A stretch of 64,000 nt of DNA, taken from the NCBI GenBank assembly GCA_904063045.1, contig CAJFCJ010000002.1, positions 558,001-622,000 of the forward strand, read 5' to 3'. This DNA comes from Dimorphilus gyrociliatus (Eukaryota; Animalia; Annelida). Under the pieces are notes generated by a model. That model searched no databases and was not told where the DNA came from. It worked only from the letters and a program-made list of their open reading frames with translations. Of this stretch, positions 13,538 to 25,332 are shown piece by piece. Each line of letters starts with the position of its first letter. Within the stretch, counting starts at the first letter, position 1. The translations under genes and the position numbers were made by a program.

Positions 13538-15769
13538 TAGAACCACGTTAAAATTTACCTTTTTAGGGTTTCGAGATGACTGAGAACTAATTCCTTTTCT
13601 ACCAATAAACTCCGGATAAGTGAAAATATATAAGAGTAGGATAGGAGGCCAATAACAATAAATCAAATTGGTATTAATTTTGGTCGTTGAAACAATTTGT
13701 GAAATTGTCAATTTCGTTTAAATTTGAACTGATATCACACAGAATTTCTAACTAGAATATTTCTGACCAAGTTAATCAAATTTGAATCCAACTACAAACA
13801 TAAATATCTCTGTAAATGAAAGCATACAAATGATATTTGTTCGTCAGAATATCGTCTGTCTCTAGTATGAGTAAAACAGGTGTTTCTTCTAAAAGGTATA
13901 GACGGAATATCAACTCGACCAATAATCGTTTGATTTTTAGTCACGTGATTCGAATTGTATTGAAATAAAAACCCATACAAAGAAAAGTTAAATTTTGTTT
14001 TTTATCTACGAATCTAAATTCTTAGTTATATCTCCTTCTTTACTTTAGAGATATTTAAAAGCAAAGGACTTTGGATTGTTCAAAAATTAAAACAAAAAAA
14101 TTATTCTCGCAAGGGATATTCGTCCGGAAAGAAATATAGTAAAACTTTATCGAAAATTAATGTTACTAACTGCACAACACATTAAAAACGTGATAAATAT
14201 GTTTGTATTTTATAGTTTTATATGACTTATCTTCTGAGAGTTTTCTCATATAAACATGCATGATTTTGTAATATGTGGCGTTACTGAGAGTACATTTGAT
14301 ATGACACCGCTTTATTAAATCGTCACTGTGTATATTAAAACTTTATTTCTGTGAGAACGAAGGGATAAAGTAGAAGTATACAAAGCTAAGCGTGTTTGTC
14401 TTTTATTTTAAAATATTCACTGATAATCCGACTCGGAAATGCTATACCCTCGTTTTTAGTTTAGGGAAAGAGTAATAAATACTATGGCTAAAATAAACAA
14501 ATGTCAAGATCAAAGCTATACCAAAAGGCCAGACTTTTTAATCACTTTTTTCTTGCGGCTACGTTGTTCTCTTTGGAGAGAGAGCTACTTTTAACACTAT
14601 TATTATTAGAAAAGATGGCAAAATTGACAGAGGTTTCCATGTTTGATTCGAAAATATTTCAATTAAATCAAATTGTGACTATCCTATTCATCCGCGCCTA
14701 AAATCAAAGATAATAAAAAAAGTACCGATAGTTTTCTAATTAATTTAGAAAGGAGAAAGAACTTTGAAAGCAAACGTGAGTATTCGCGCCTCGTTAAATG
14801 ATAAATTGAATAAAGCCATTGGAGCGCCCTTTTTGAAGTTCACCGATGCTAGTGACATCATTCGCTCTTTCCATACAAATTTACAATTTCTTTCGCTAAG
14901 ACGTTACAAAGACTTTTGACAGAATAAATCAAGGACACCTATGTTGAGGATACAGGACTTATTCGGAGAATGACATTTTTTAATTAGCAAATAATTTTTC
15001 ATCAACTGTACTAATAAGATATTATAAGTACTTAAATGAAATTTTCAGTTTAATCTGTCTTAATATCCTTATCTCAAACGGAAGTTATGCACATTTAGCA
15101 AAAATTGCATAATCAATCGTAGAAACAACTGATGCAATGTTGTAAAACGGTTTTGTTACCAATTTTTATATAATATAAATTTAAAAACGACTGACCATGT
15201 GTAACAAGAGACCCCTCGTGAGATTAAGGCTGTACACCAATAATTTATTCATTTAAAGTATAGGAAATAAGAATAAAACCAAAATTTTTCTCTCTGCTTA
15301 TATATAAAAAAAATACGGTTTTGTCAGGATAATGCGAAAGCTCAACAGCCTATAAACTGGCAGAGAGAAGAATTTGCACAAAGGCAGGTGAGTGCTTATC
15401 AGATCCATCAAAAAACTTAAGTTCTCTATACACTATCTCGTCACTTCCCTCCTTTCTTTCTTCTCTCTTTTTTACTCGAAATAATATTGCATAATCTTGA
15501 TCATGACACCGGGCTGCTAGTTGTCAGGAGTAGTTAGCGTACTATTAGGAAAGAAGGTCCAGAGATAACCATCAATGACAATAACATGGTATAAGATCAA
15601 TTATATATCCAGATCAGCTCATGGGCATATGGGCATGACTCGAGAAATATTTTTAACAAGGTGAAAAGGTTATTGGTAAAAAGAACAAATTGGCACTGGA
15701 GAGACAAGAGCCCAATAACATTCTTACGTATGCTAAATTTTGGTAACAGATGCTACCGATTAATCAAAC

Positions 15770-16107
15770 TACCTTAATGGAATATCGGTCTGCTTAATGG
15801 CGATTAAAATTCTGGAGGTATTTTCCGGCTGATTTCATACAATTACTCTTAATAAGCCACGCCCAATACAAATCTCCAAAAAAAAAATCTTTAGGAGAAC
15901 CGAGACTAAGACCCAGTACTCTTTCTATAATCTGTTGCTGTTCCCTTCTTGTATCACATTGGAATTGCTACCTACTGCTTTTTGCTTTATGCTTTAAAGA
16001 ACCATGGTCACGCAATGCGATTAAATGCTCCTTTCCCCAGAGAACGCAAACGTTCGAACAAGTAGCAAGCAAGCGCTCCCGGTTTTGCTTCCTTTTATCA
16101 CTTTGAC
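15770..16107 (-). mobile_element. Decayed non-LTR retrotransposon (LINE) fragment, post-RT region of ORF2
   Basis: The minus frame reads VCVLWGKEHLIALRDHG...*...EQQQIIERVLGLSLGSPKDFFFGDLYW...KYLQNFNRH*ADRYSIKVV. This follows the LW..YG..Q..I.R..LG..P...GDLGW..K.KY..RL...R..K.V pattern of LINE ORF2 C-termini, with at least 2 in-frame stops. Confidence 0.5.
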
Positions 16108-16602
16108 TGAATATTTTGGAAATCAAATCTTAGGAAATTCAGAGAAATTTCGATATGTTTAACAAAGGAAAACCGTAAATTGATTTATTTAACACTACAG
16201 AATGCTCTCAGTTTTTCTTAATTCGTATAATTGAAGATTAGAATGTATCTTAAATCAAATAGCAAACAAGTATTCTTTAAGTAGTAATTCTTCTTGGTTA
16301 CCTCTTCAAAGACGGAACTATTTGCAAGAATATGTAATACTAGTCAATTTTGTTATCCAGGTAATTTCCAATTCAGTGTGAGACATATTCGCTTGGGATA
16401 ATTTGTGCATGTCAATTATAATATATCAGTGCTATTTATTGGCTTTAAAGCTAGCAATCCTAAACTATTATTTATATATACATTTTCGAGAAGCAAAAGC
16501 GTTACAGCAACTTAAATTAATTTCTTTTTGAACTCTTAAGCTGGGAATATCTAAGAATGTCAAGATATTATATATTCTAAAAAACAAAATGGCAACTTTT
16601 AA

Positions 16603-19437
16603 TCAAAAAGATGGCGACACATGTCGCTCATAGTTTTCAGCCATCTGATGGAAGCCATTATCATCATCAATATCATGATTCCTCCTAATTTGCACATGTC
16701 TAACATCTCCATTTTCGGCTGCGAGATTATGTAAATTTCTTACGGAAACTGATTTTGAAGTGTGACGATTATATTTAGGAAATGTTGTTGAATCAATGGC
16801 AAAATGTTTCCTTATCTTATTGCGTCTAATTTGTCGAGCCTCCATTAACTTTTTCTCTCTGTATCTCATTCTACATAATAAGCCAATACCTATAATTAAA
16901 ATAAGAGAGAGAAGAAATATTGCCGATGATAAACCAACTATAGCAGCAGTTTTAAATTGTTTATCAGTTTTTATTGAGATACAATCCTGTGAGGTTGCAT
17001 TTGTATTTGCTATGGAGACAATACATATGATGTAATAACTATCTTCTTTCAGATTTGAGATCTTAAAACTATTTGCTGATGGCTTTAAATTTATTACTTT
17101 ATATTTTGCACTGTCGGTAAAAGGTTTATATTTTATCAATAATTTGCTAACATCTTTCGTCTGATCTATTCCCCAAGAAACTGTTACAGAATCTGATTTA
17201 AGAATATGAACTTTAAGATCTAAATGATTTTGCCCAATAGGTCGATTTGTAGAGGAATAATCAATTGTAAATGCTGGCTGAATTTCCTTCGTAGCGTTGA
17301 GCTTATAAAAGGTTTCTGTACTCGGAGTGTTTTGTACATATTTCGCTGTAGAGTTGTCTACAATTGTATAATTTGTTTTCTCAAGACTTGAACAAGCATC
17401 CGATTTTTTAAGAGATGAGTCAAAATCTTCGCATAGTGAAAAGTTATAGCATGACATTATTTGACCACCTGAGCAATTTAAACTATGAACATCTCTTATT
17501 CTTTTGTCAAGGAAAAACCAGAATATGTCACAATTACAGTTCCAAGGGTTATTTTTCAAAAAAATGCTATCTAGAAACTTTAAAGAGCTCAAAACGTTTC
17601 GAGACAAACGGGTCAAGTTATTGTTGGTGAGGCTAATGTGTTTTAAATTGGTGATCCCATAAAAGGCATAAGCATAAATACCTTCTAGATTATCCAGTTC
17701 ATTGTAACTTAGATCAATTTCCTGAATGTTTTTCAGTGCCTCAAAAGTGTAAGGATAGATTTTCTTCAGTTTATTTCGATGTAAGGTTAATTCACTAAGT
17801 TGTTGCACTTTATTAAATGCATCTTCCTCTATTTTACTTATTCTGTTATTATGCAAGGACACTTTTTTGAGATTCGTCATTGACTTAAACAAGTTTGATG
17901 ATACTTTCTCAAGTAGATTATTTTCTAATCTCAAATGAGTCACCTTAGTTAATGCCAAGAAGCTGCTTGAAGTTATTAGTTGAAGGAGATTATTTGACAA
18001 AGTAAGAGTGTTCAATTTGGTATTATTCTGGAATAATCTGTTATGTAGCTTATTAATTTTATTTCTCTCAAGATTGAGGTAAGTAAGATTTACAAGTTGC
18101 GAAAAGCTGCGATGATCTATTTCTGATAAAGAATTATTTCCTAATTGCAATGAATCCAAATGATTTAAACCATTGAAACTGTAAGGTGAAATAACCTCTA
18201 TTCCATTACTGGTTAAGCTCAGAAATTCTAAGTTAGTCAAGCTCGAAAATGAAGCATCTGTTAAACTTTTTAAAGTATTAAAAGATAAATCCAACTTCTT
18301 CAGATTATTTAATTTGGAGAATGTTGCACTACTTATTTCTGAAAGCTTGTTATGTCGTAAATTTAAATCTTCTAAAGATGTCAATGAATTCATTGTGGAA
18401 AGTTGTAAAATAGCAATCTCATTTCCTTCTAAGTTTAATAAGGTAAGTGAGTTAAGGTTGGAAAAAGCGTCCTTGTTAATGTTGAAAATACTACAATTTT
18501 TTAGCACTAACGTGTCCAAATTTATTAAATTATTAAAGACGTTGTTCTGTAGATTCCAAAAACGATTTGAAGAAAGATCCAAATGAGCGAGATTTCGATT
18601 AGATGTGAATAGTTTAGTAGGCAAAAATCTGAGATTATTGTATGATAAATCTAATACGTTTAGATCATTTAAATCTTTGAAACATTTTTCATCAATTTCA
18701 TTTAATAAATTTTTGGCGAATTCTATTCTTCGGATTTTTTTTGTTTTATTGAACAGATCTTTTGGTAAAGTTTTTATCTGGTTCTTCACAAGGCTCAATT
18801 CTCTTAATTCAATAAGTTCCTGAAATGCTCCTTCCTCTATCAATTCAATATTATTGTTATGAAGTTCCAGCGTATGGAGGTTTCTTAATCCATTAAATGT
18901 TACTGCTCTAATATCTGTAATCTTATTACCAAATGCGATGAGGTGAGTTAGGGAATTTAAGCCAAAAAAAGAATTTTGTCCCAAATCTACTAATTTATTT
19001 CCAGATAAATTTAAGTAATTTAAGTTTTTCATTTTAGAAAAAATTTCTCCTGCTATATGGGAAATCAAGTTCGAATCTAAATACATTTCTTGTAATCGAT
19101 TATAATCGAGGTTGCTGAAACAATCGCTTTCGATTTTCTTCAGTCCTATTTCTTGTAGTTTTATCCTTTGAATAGATAAACCATCAAATGAATAGTTTTG
19201 ACAGATTTCAATGTTTGAATTATATTTAAATTGCAATTCTTTGAAAAAAACTTTAGAGGGTTTAAAGCTTGGAAAATAAGTTCTATTTCCCAAATATTCG
19301 CACAATAAGAAGTTTTCAAATGTGTATTTTATTTTGCAAAAGCACTGTTTATCCAAATTGGGACATTGAAAAGATAAAATTTTCGAGGACAGCTTTAATA
19401 AAATCCATATTAAAAATAGTCCTTTGACTCCAAACAT
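16603..19437 (-). CDS. Single-exon LRR + LRRCT + fibronectin type III + TM cell-surface protein (FLRT/Fish-lips-like architecture), 944 aa
   Basis: Signal peptide, LRRNT (CPNLDKQCFC), about 24 typical 24-aa LRRs, LRRCT (NPWNCNC), S/T-rich stalk, FN3 (SVTVSW..Y.I.L...S.Y.ICI), TM (AAIVGLSSAIFLLSLILIIGIGLLC) and a ~85-aa basic tail. Confidence 0.93.
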   Translation of the reverse strand: MFGVKGLFLIWILLKLSSKILSFQCPNLDKQCFCKIKYTFENFLLCEYLGNRTYFPSFKPSKVFFKELQFKYNSNIEICQNYSFDGLSIQRIKLQEIGLKKIESDCFSNLDYNRLQEMYLDSNLISHIAGEIFSKMKNLNYLNLSGNKLVDLGQNSFFGLNSLTHLIAFGNKITDIRAVTFNGLRNLHTLELHNNNIELIEEGAFQELIELRELSLVKNQIKTLPKDLFNKTKKIRRIEFAKNLLNEIDEKCFKDLNDLNVLDLSYNNLRFLPTKLFTSNRNLAHLDLSSNRFWNLQNNVFNNLINLDTLVLKNCSIFNINKDAFSNLNSLTLLNLEGNEIAILQLSTMNSLTSLEDLNLRHNKLSEISSATFSKLNNLKKLDLSFNTLKSLTDASFSSLTNLEFLSLTSNGIEVISPYSFNGLNHLDSLQLGNNSLSEIDHRSFSQLVNLTYLNLERNKINKLHNRLFQNNTKLNTLTLSNNLLQLITSSSFLALTKVTHLRLENNLLEKVSSNLFKSMTNLKKVSLHNNRISKIEEDAFNKVQQLSELTLHRNKLKKIYPYTFEALKNIQEIDLSYNELDNLEGIYAYAFYGITNLKHISLTNNNLTRLSRNVLSSLKFLDSIFLKNNPWNCNCDIFWFFLDKRIRDVHSLNCSGGQIMSCYNFSLCEDFDSSLKKSDACSSLEKTNYTIVDNSTAKYVQNTPSTETFYKLNATKEIQPAFTIDYSSTNRPIGQNHLDLKVHILKSDSVTVSWGIDQTKDVSKLLIKYKPFTDSAKYKVINLKPSANSFKISNLKEDSYYIICIVSIANTNATSQDCISIKTDKQFKTAAIVGLSSAIFLLSLILIIGIGLLCRMRYREKKLMEARQIRRNKIRKHFAIDSTTFPKYNRHTSKSVSVRNLHNLAAENGDVRHVQIRRNHDIDDDNGFHQMAENYERHVSPSF

Positions 19438-20583
19438 TGTAATCTTTCATTGAAATTGTGACAATCCTAAATAGGAATATGTAAAAACGAAAGTTTAGAG
19501 TGAGAAGAATACAATTTTAAATAAACAAAATGTAAGAGTATGTGAAAATCACTCATGTAGCCTCTTCTTCATATGACTATAAATTAATTCCTTTTCAATA
19601 ATGCAAGGCATATAGCTTTGTTTCTACTATTCGCCTATTTATCGCTCATATTCTATAATTTTCTTCAACTTAAGAGAACGAATAATAACGTTACATGGTA
19701 AAAATAACCATAATATTTAGATCAAACCTGTATAAAATTAAGACTTCACATAACAAAATGCGAAATTTTTGAAGAATTATATTTTAGTGAAATGAGTCTT
19801 AAAGCATTTTACAGATATTTTTAAACCTTTAACTTGTTTTCTTTTTTTTTCAATAAATAGTATTGAAATCAATATACATCTTAGATTTAACGTTATTTAT
19901 AGCTTTTATCCATTCAAATCCTACCTTTAGACTTAATTCATCAGTAAAAATGTATATTCAGAACAATTATATAATGCGAATATACCTTACAGAAAGATAT
20001 TTCTCGTTTCTTCGACGCTAATTACCATTGTTTTTAGCATTTCGAAAAAAAGATCAATAAACAATATAGTGGAACGAAGAATGGTAAAAATTAGATCAAT
20101 TATTTAAATGGAAAAAGTCTATTATTGAAAAGATCAAAATATGGGTGTTAAATTCAATTTCAAAGTGCTCTGTTTAATAGTATTACTCCGAAATACATTA
20201 TTAATTATGACAAAACTGTCAGCTAGTAATTTTACATTGATCGAATAATAGTCGATGTGTCTTTTAATCTCACTTTGTGGAAATTTTAAAGTTATTCATT
20301 TATATCAGTATAGAACTTAGCTGGTTTCACTTGAAAACAAAATAGATGCCAGATGCTACTTGCCTGATGAAACTGATTTTAAAATAATAAATTTAAGAAT
20401 TTTACGACTTTACCTGATTAAATAAAATCAATCCGTTTTCACTTTAAAACCCAGAAAAATTATATGCCTGATGTTCTTTGACAGTATATTGTCATTTGTG
20501 CCGGTTTATCTAACTCTTAATCATCAGTTATTAATGAAAATCAATCGACTTTTCAGTTGATTGTATTAAAAGAATACCTTTTC

Positions 20584-20597
20584 GCGCCATCTGTTGG
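20584..20597 (-). promoter_or_regulatory. CTCF-like core motif CCAACAGATGGCGC
   Basis: One mismatch to the CTCF core. It lies in the divergent intergenic region between the LRR gene and the adaptor-like gene. An oppositely oriented CAGATGGCAC sits at 20834-20843. Confidence 0.45.
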
Positions 20598-21047
20598 GCT
20601 ATCGAATTTTTTATACACAGTATAATTTGTACAAATCTGTTTGCAACGCACAATATCTGTTATCACATAATATTTCTAACCCCTGTTCGAATAATTAGTA
20701 GTTATATTTCTCATCGTGCGTTTCCAAAGTTCATTTTAAATTGCTGTTGTAAACATAGTAGAATATAAAAAATATAATTGGAAAACGTAACAACATACAG
20801 TATATTGACAATTTTTTGTAATATATTATCCTTCAGATGGCACCAATATTCTGGTAAAAGTATTTTGCGAATCACACGCTCTAGTTTTATCAGCAGATCA
20901 ATAAAAACTTTTGTACTTATTCTTCTTATCAGATCATGAATTTTATCAGGTGTGCCTTAGTATTATATCTTTGTCGTCAATAAAAGAGCAAGAATTACAG
21001 AATGTCCGAATGAAAAATAAATGCTTATTTAACTATTAGCATTGGTC

Positions 21048-22548
21048 ATGGCAAATCAGTTTCAATATGAAACTTATTTACATGAAGACTATACAATTAT
21101 GTACCCTAGAGTAACTCCAACTCCGTCACCACTTCTGCCACCAGCCAAACCAGTTACAAGTATTCCCGCTATAGTCATTCCAGTCATTTTGGGAACTGCT
21201 TTGCTCGTAGGAATTTTTATTTATATCTTTCTTTATTATAAAAGACGTAAGCGACATCAAAGATGGAACTTGAGGTGAATATACTAATCATTTTAAGTAA
21301 ATTACAACTATTTTTATTTAAGATTTCTTTTTCATTGATCATATTAGTGAAAATAAAAATAGGACTGAATCCTTTAACATAAAGTTAGACCCTTCTCTGA
21401 GGAAGACAATCACAAAAAATGAAACAGATAATTCACATAAAATGGCAATCAGTCATTTAACGAAATTAAATTATGATAATAAAGAGGATAATGATTATGA
21501 CACGATAGGAGTAAATATTCCATTATTCACAAATGAAGACGACTTGGGTTATGTTGAACCAATTTGTTCTGGTAATCACGATCAAGGATTAGACAAGAAT
21601 TGCGTAAAGTGCGGATTAAGAACATCTAATAAAGCTCCTAATTCCAAACAAAGCTTGGTGACTAATTCAAGCGGATCCTATGAAAAAATGCCCTCCCCAA
21701 AACTGACACCATTAAATTCGGCTAATTTAAAAACATTAAATGGGTGTGACGATGCACCAAATATGCCACCTCCTCCAATTCCTCTAACAGATAGTGATAA
21801 TGAGTACGATGTTCTTCTGACTGGAAAAGAGGTAGATATAGATGAAAATATATATGATGACCCGGAAACGGAGGATCAAGTAATTGTTATTAAAAAAAAA
21901 TCACGTCCAATCGGCGACCAATTTCCCCTCCCACCAAGCTCACCTTCTCATGATGTAGAAAAAAAAGAAATTAGCTCGGAAAAAGGAACTTTTCTAAGCG
22001 ATGTGCCTCCACCATTGCCACCCCGAAATCTCCGGGTAAAAAAAAAGAAATGGCTAGGAAAATTGAAAAGTGCTAAAAGTGAGCCAAGGATTTCAACCAA
22101 GTCTTTAATAAAGAAGGATTCTAAAGAAAAAGAGAAGGAAAAAGTGAAAGTAAGGCCTAAACGATGGAGTTTTCTAAGTAACAATGATGAAGAAATAGGA
22201 ACATCTAAGTCAAAATTTTACTACCCCTTCAACGGTGTATCTGACCTAGAATCGGATACAATACCCTTGTCAAAAAGCATGTTCAATTTAAATATTATTG
22301 ACTTTGATGAAGAACAAAGCTCCGTGTCGGGTTATTCATCTTGTAGAGAAAATGTCTCAACTGATTCATCTTTTTATAAAGAGAGTTGTTATACTTCAGG
22401 AGATGATTCTTCTGTTTATAAAGACCACAACACGGAGCATAATAGATTTGTTGGTTCTAAGACTGTCATAGAAGATGAGAACACTAAGAAAATTAAACCT
22501 GTTACCAGATCTGTTAGTTTTCCAAAAAGTGGCGAGTCAAACGCCTAA
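21048..22548 (+). CDS. Uncharacterised single-pass membrane protein with a short ectodomain and a long Tyr/Pro-motif cytoplasmic tail (transmembrane adaptor-like)
   Basis: Exon 21048-21274 (TM IPAIVIPVILGTALLVGIFIYIFLYY followed by KRRKR) splices in phase 2 across a 73-nt intron to 21348-22548, in frame with ORF 21442-22548. Further upstream exons are possible. Confidence 0.75.
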
Positions 22549-22994
22549 TTGTATTATTTTACAATGTTACAGTAATTCTTCCAAGTTCATTAGATTTAGA
22601 AGTAAAAATATGTTTTTCCTCTTTTTATGTCGAGTTTTTTCACTAGCTGTGAAAGATATGAATTATTTTGTGGTTGCGCGTTCCATTTGATTACACAATG
22701 ATGTTAAAACTACTGACAGAACAGCTTAATTCAGAAAAATTTGTTATTTTCTTAACTCTTTAAGTGTCAATAAATTCCGCTGAAATTACCATAAAAATTA
22801 AAGTTTTAACAACTGGTATTTTTCTAATAACTCCAAATTTCTTATTATTTAAGAAGATTTTTAATGAATTAAATTTCTAAAAAAATCTCTTACCTATCTG
22901 TGACATAAATGTTAAAGAAAGCTAAGCATTGAAGACAAATGTATTTATATCAATTTCGAAGTTTAGCCAGAATTTCGTCAGAGAACGGATTAAT

Positions 22995-23932
22995 TTATTC
23001 AACTTCGTTGTTATAGTCTTCCAAAGATTTATTCACCATATCTTTTGATGCCGGAGCTCCTGTTTATATTATCAATCATAAATTAACAATCTGGAGTAAA
23101 CTCGCATCTATTTAAATTTTCGTAATACTTATTTTATGATCATTTAGATACCTGTAGAATTACATAGAATGTTCGTACCATTCCATTGGCCAGTTTCTCT
23201 GTCACAGTGGATAAAAAAGCTTTGCTGTCCCAAGCAATTTGCTATAAAATGGCTATCTTCATAGAATCGAAAAATTGTTACATTTAATTCTTTTGATATT
23301 ACTTTCGCTGATGATAAGTTACATTCCGTACCTGTAAAAAGAGGAAAGTTTATTACTTGAATTTCTTTTAAAGCAAATATATTTTAAATCAGAGAAAATA
23401 TTTTGTACATAGCTTAGTGAATTCTACGTTTATTGACAGGAAATTGAAAAAGTAATTCAATCCAAAAAATAATTCCGTTTTTACTTACGAGAACAATACG
23501 AAAACGATCCTACCCATCTTCCATTCATGCACAAAAAAATACCAGCATTAACATTTTTAATATGATATCCACGTTTGCATTCTAATTTAACAAGACTTGT
23601 TGTTTGTTTAATCACTAGCATATTTTCTGGTAACGATCTTTCGAAACTCTCGCAGGTACTTCCTTTCACTGCAGACAATTCAAAGCTAAATGCAAAAAAA
23701 ACAATTTGCAAACATTAAATTTTTACCGCAACGATAACGGATTAAAGTAGTAATAGTCAGAAGAAACAATTCAATTAAATGAAAAAGCATTACTCTCATT
23801 GGAATAGTCTAGTAACTTATTTGTAGGGGTCAACCATTCAAAATATACTTTTCTAAATTTGAAAGAGAATAATATGTACCAATAATAAAAATTTAACAGT
23901 ATTGAAAGAAGTTGCTTTTTCAATTGTTGCAT
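22995..23932 (-). CDS. Small protein with two Sushi/CCP-like modules
   Basis: The well-supported phase-1 exons are 23668-23489 (C..C.RGY..C.NGRW....C) and 23331-23152 (C..C..C..ETGQWNGTNILC). The first and last exons are tentative. Confidence 0.6.
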
Positions 23933-25332
23933 GATCTTTGGCCAACGTAAAATTTTACTAATATTCAAAAAAGAAAGTAATTTGGGCACTTCTACAAAAT
24001 GGATGTTTTTTTCTTTCTAATTAGAAAAAACACACATGTTTTATCAAATAAATAGCTTCATAAGTGTTAATTTAATAATAAAGAAGCTATGAAGAATATT
24101 ATACAACTGCCATTTGTAAAAATAATCAACAATAGACAGAAAAAACACTTATAATTGCATTTTATGATTGAAATATCAATGTTAACCTACTTTGACATCC
24201 TATGCGCCTAAATTCTGAAATTTCATTACACATAGAGCAGTACCTTAGAAGTAGTGCATTCAAGCTAATCTAGAAGAATAGATAAATTATTTAGTCATGC
24301 AAGTTTTTAAAAAGAAGTATCCTATTTCTATGAAGACATTTTGTTGATTGAAGTAAATTTATTTTGAATTACAAAATCATGCAAATTTGAATGATTGAAA
24401 ACGTATATTGTAAGTGTATTTTATGTTAAGTATCATTATTATAAAGGTGAATTGCAGTTTCTATTCTAAAATTCTTGTTGGGATGAAAATTATCTATTTA
24501 TACACACTAATATATATATATGTATATCTAAAATATCATAGCTGAAGATCATAGGATATTGTCTGTTTTTAATACGCATATGCTAATATGAAACCTTTAT
24601 CATCAAGAGAAACTTTTTTAGTTAATTAGATTTCGTAATCGAGTCGGATCGTAGAAAGAATGTCTTCAAATCAATGATAAAGAGTTCTTTTAGTTTATTG
24701 AAGATCTTAGAAGACTTAGTTTACAAATGTTCAGATCATTCATATATTTTGGTAAAGAAATAAGACTTTGAAAGAGCAAATATAAAAATGCAAATCTTAA
24801 GCATAATAGTTTTAAGTCTAGTAATAGCTTTAAACATACTACAACATCATGTATACAAATATAATATATTGTATGAACCAATTTAATCTCGAGAAAAAAG
24901 ACATCTAAAAGCAGATCTAGTTTGCTAAAGCTTAACAATTATCTATATCAAGCTATATCATCAATAAAAGGCTCAGGTAAATGTTGACGCTTGGTCAGTT
25001 AGAGTTGTTATGTTGTTCTGAGGCTTTTGTAATTTTCTGCAAAACAAATAAATTTGTCAAATTCGAATAAAGAAAGTGGTAAAGTGAGCACATGTTTAAG
25101 CACAAAAATATGAGTCACAACATTTTGATTGAAAGTCTTAGATTGCTTGGAAGTTAGACTCAAAAAATATAAATCTCAAAGCCAAAAATTATAGGAATTA
25201 GGCAAACTAAATTAAAACAGTTAAAGGATGAAAAGATATCTAAAACTCATTAATACTATAGATTGGAAGGGAAAAGAAAATCTGTCTATAATTTTGAAAA
25301 AAAGTAACAATTCTTAACAATAACACAAACTA

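Noticed and set aside
16796-18823. Plus-strand ORFs 16796, 17415, 18314 and 18605
   Set aside because: They are antisense shadows of the long LRR CDS and have no independent motifs.
24541-24960. Stop-riddled frames with FIDD, possibly a decayed reverse transcriptase
   Set aside because: The flanking RT motifs (QG, YLG) are not recognisable, so it cannot be told apart from AT-rich UTR or intergenic DNA.
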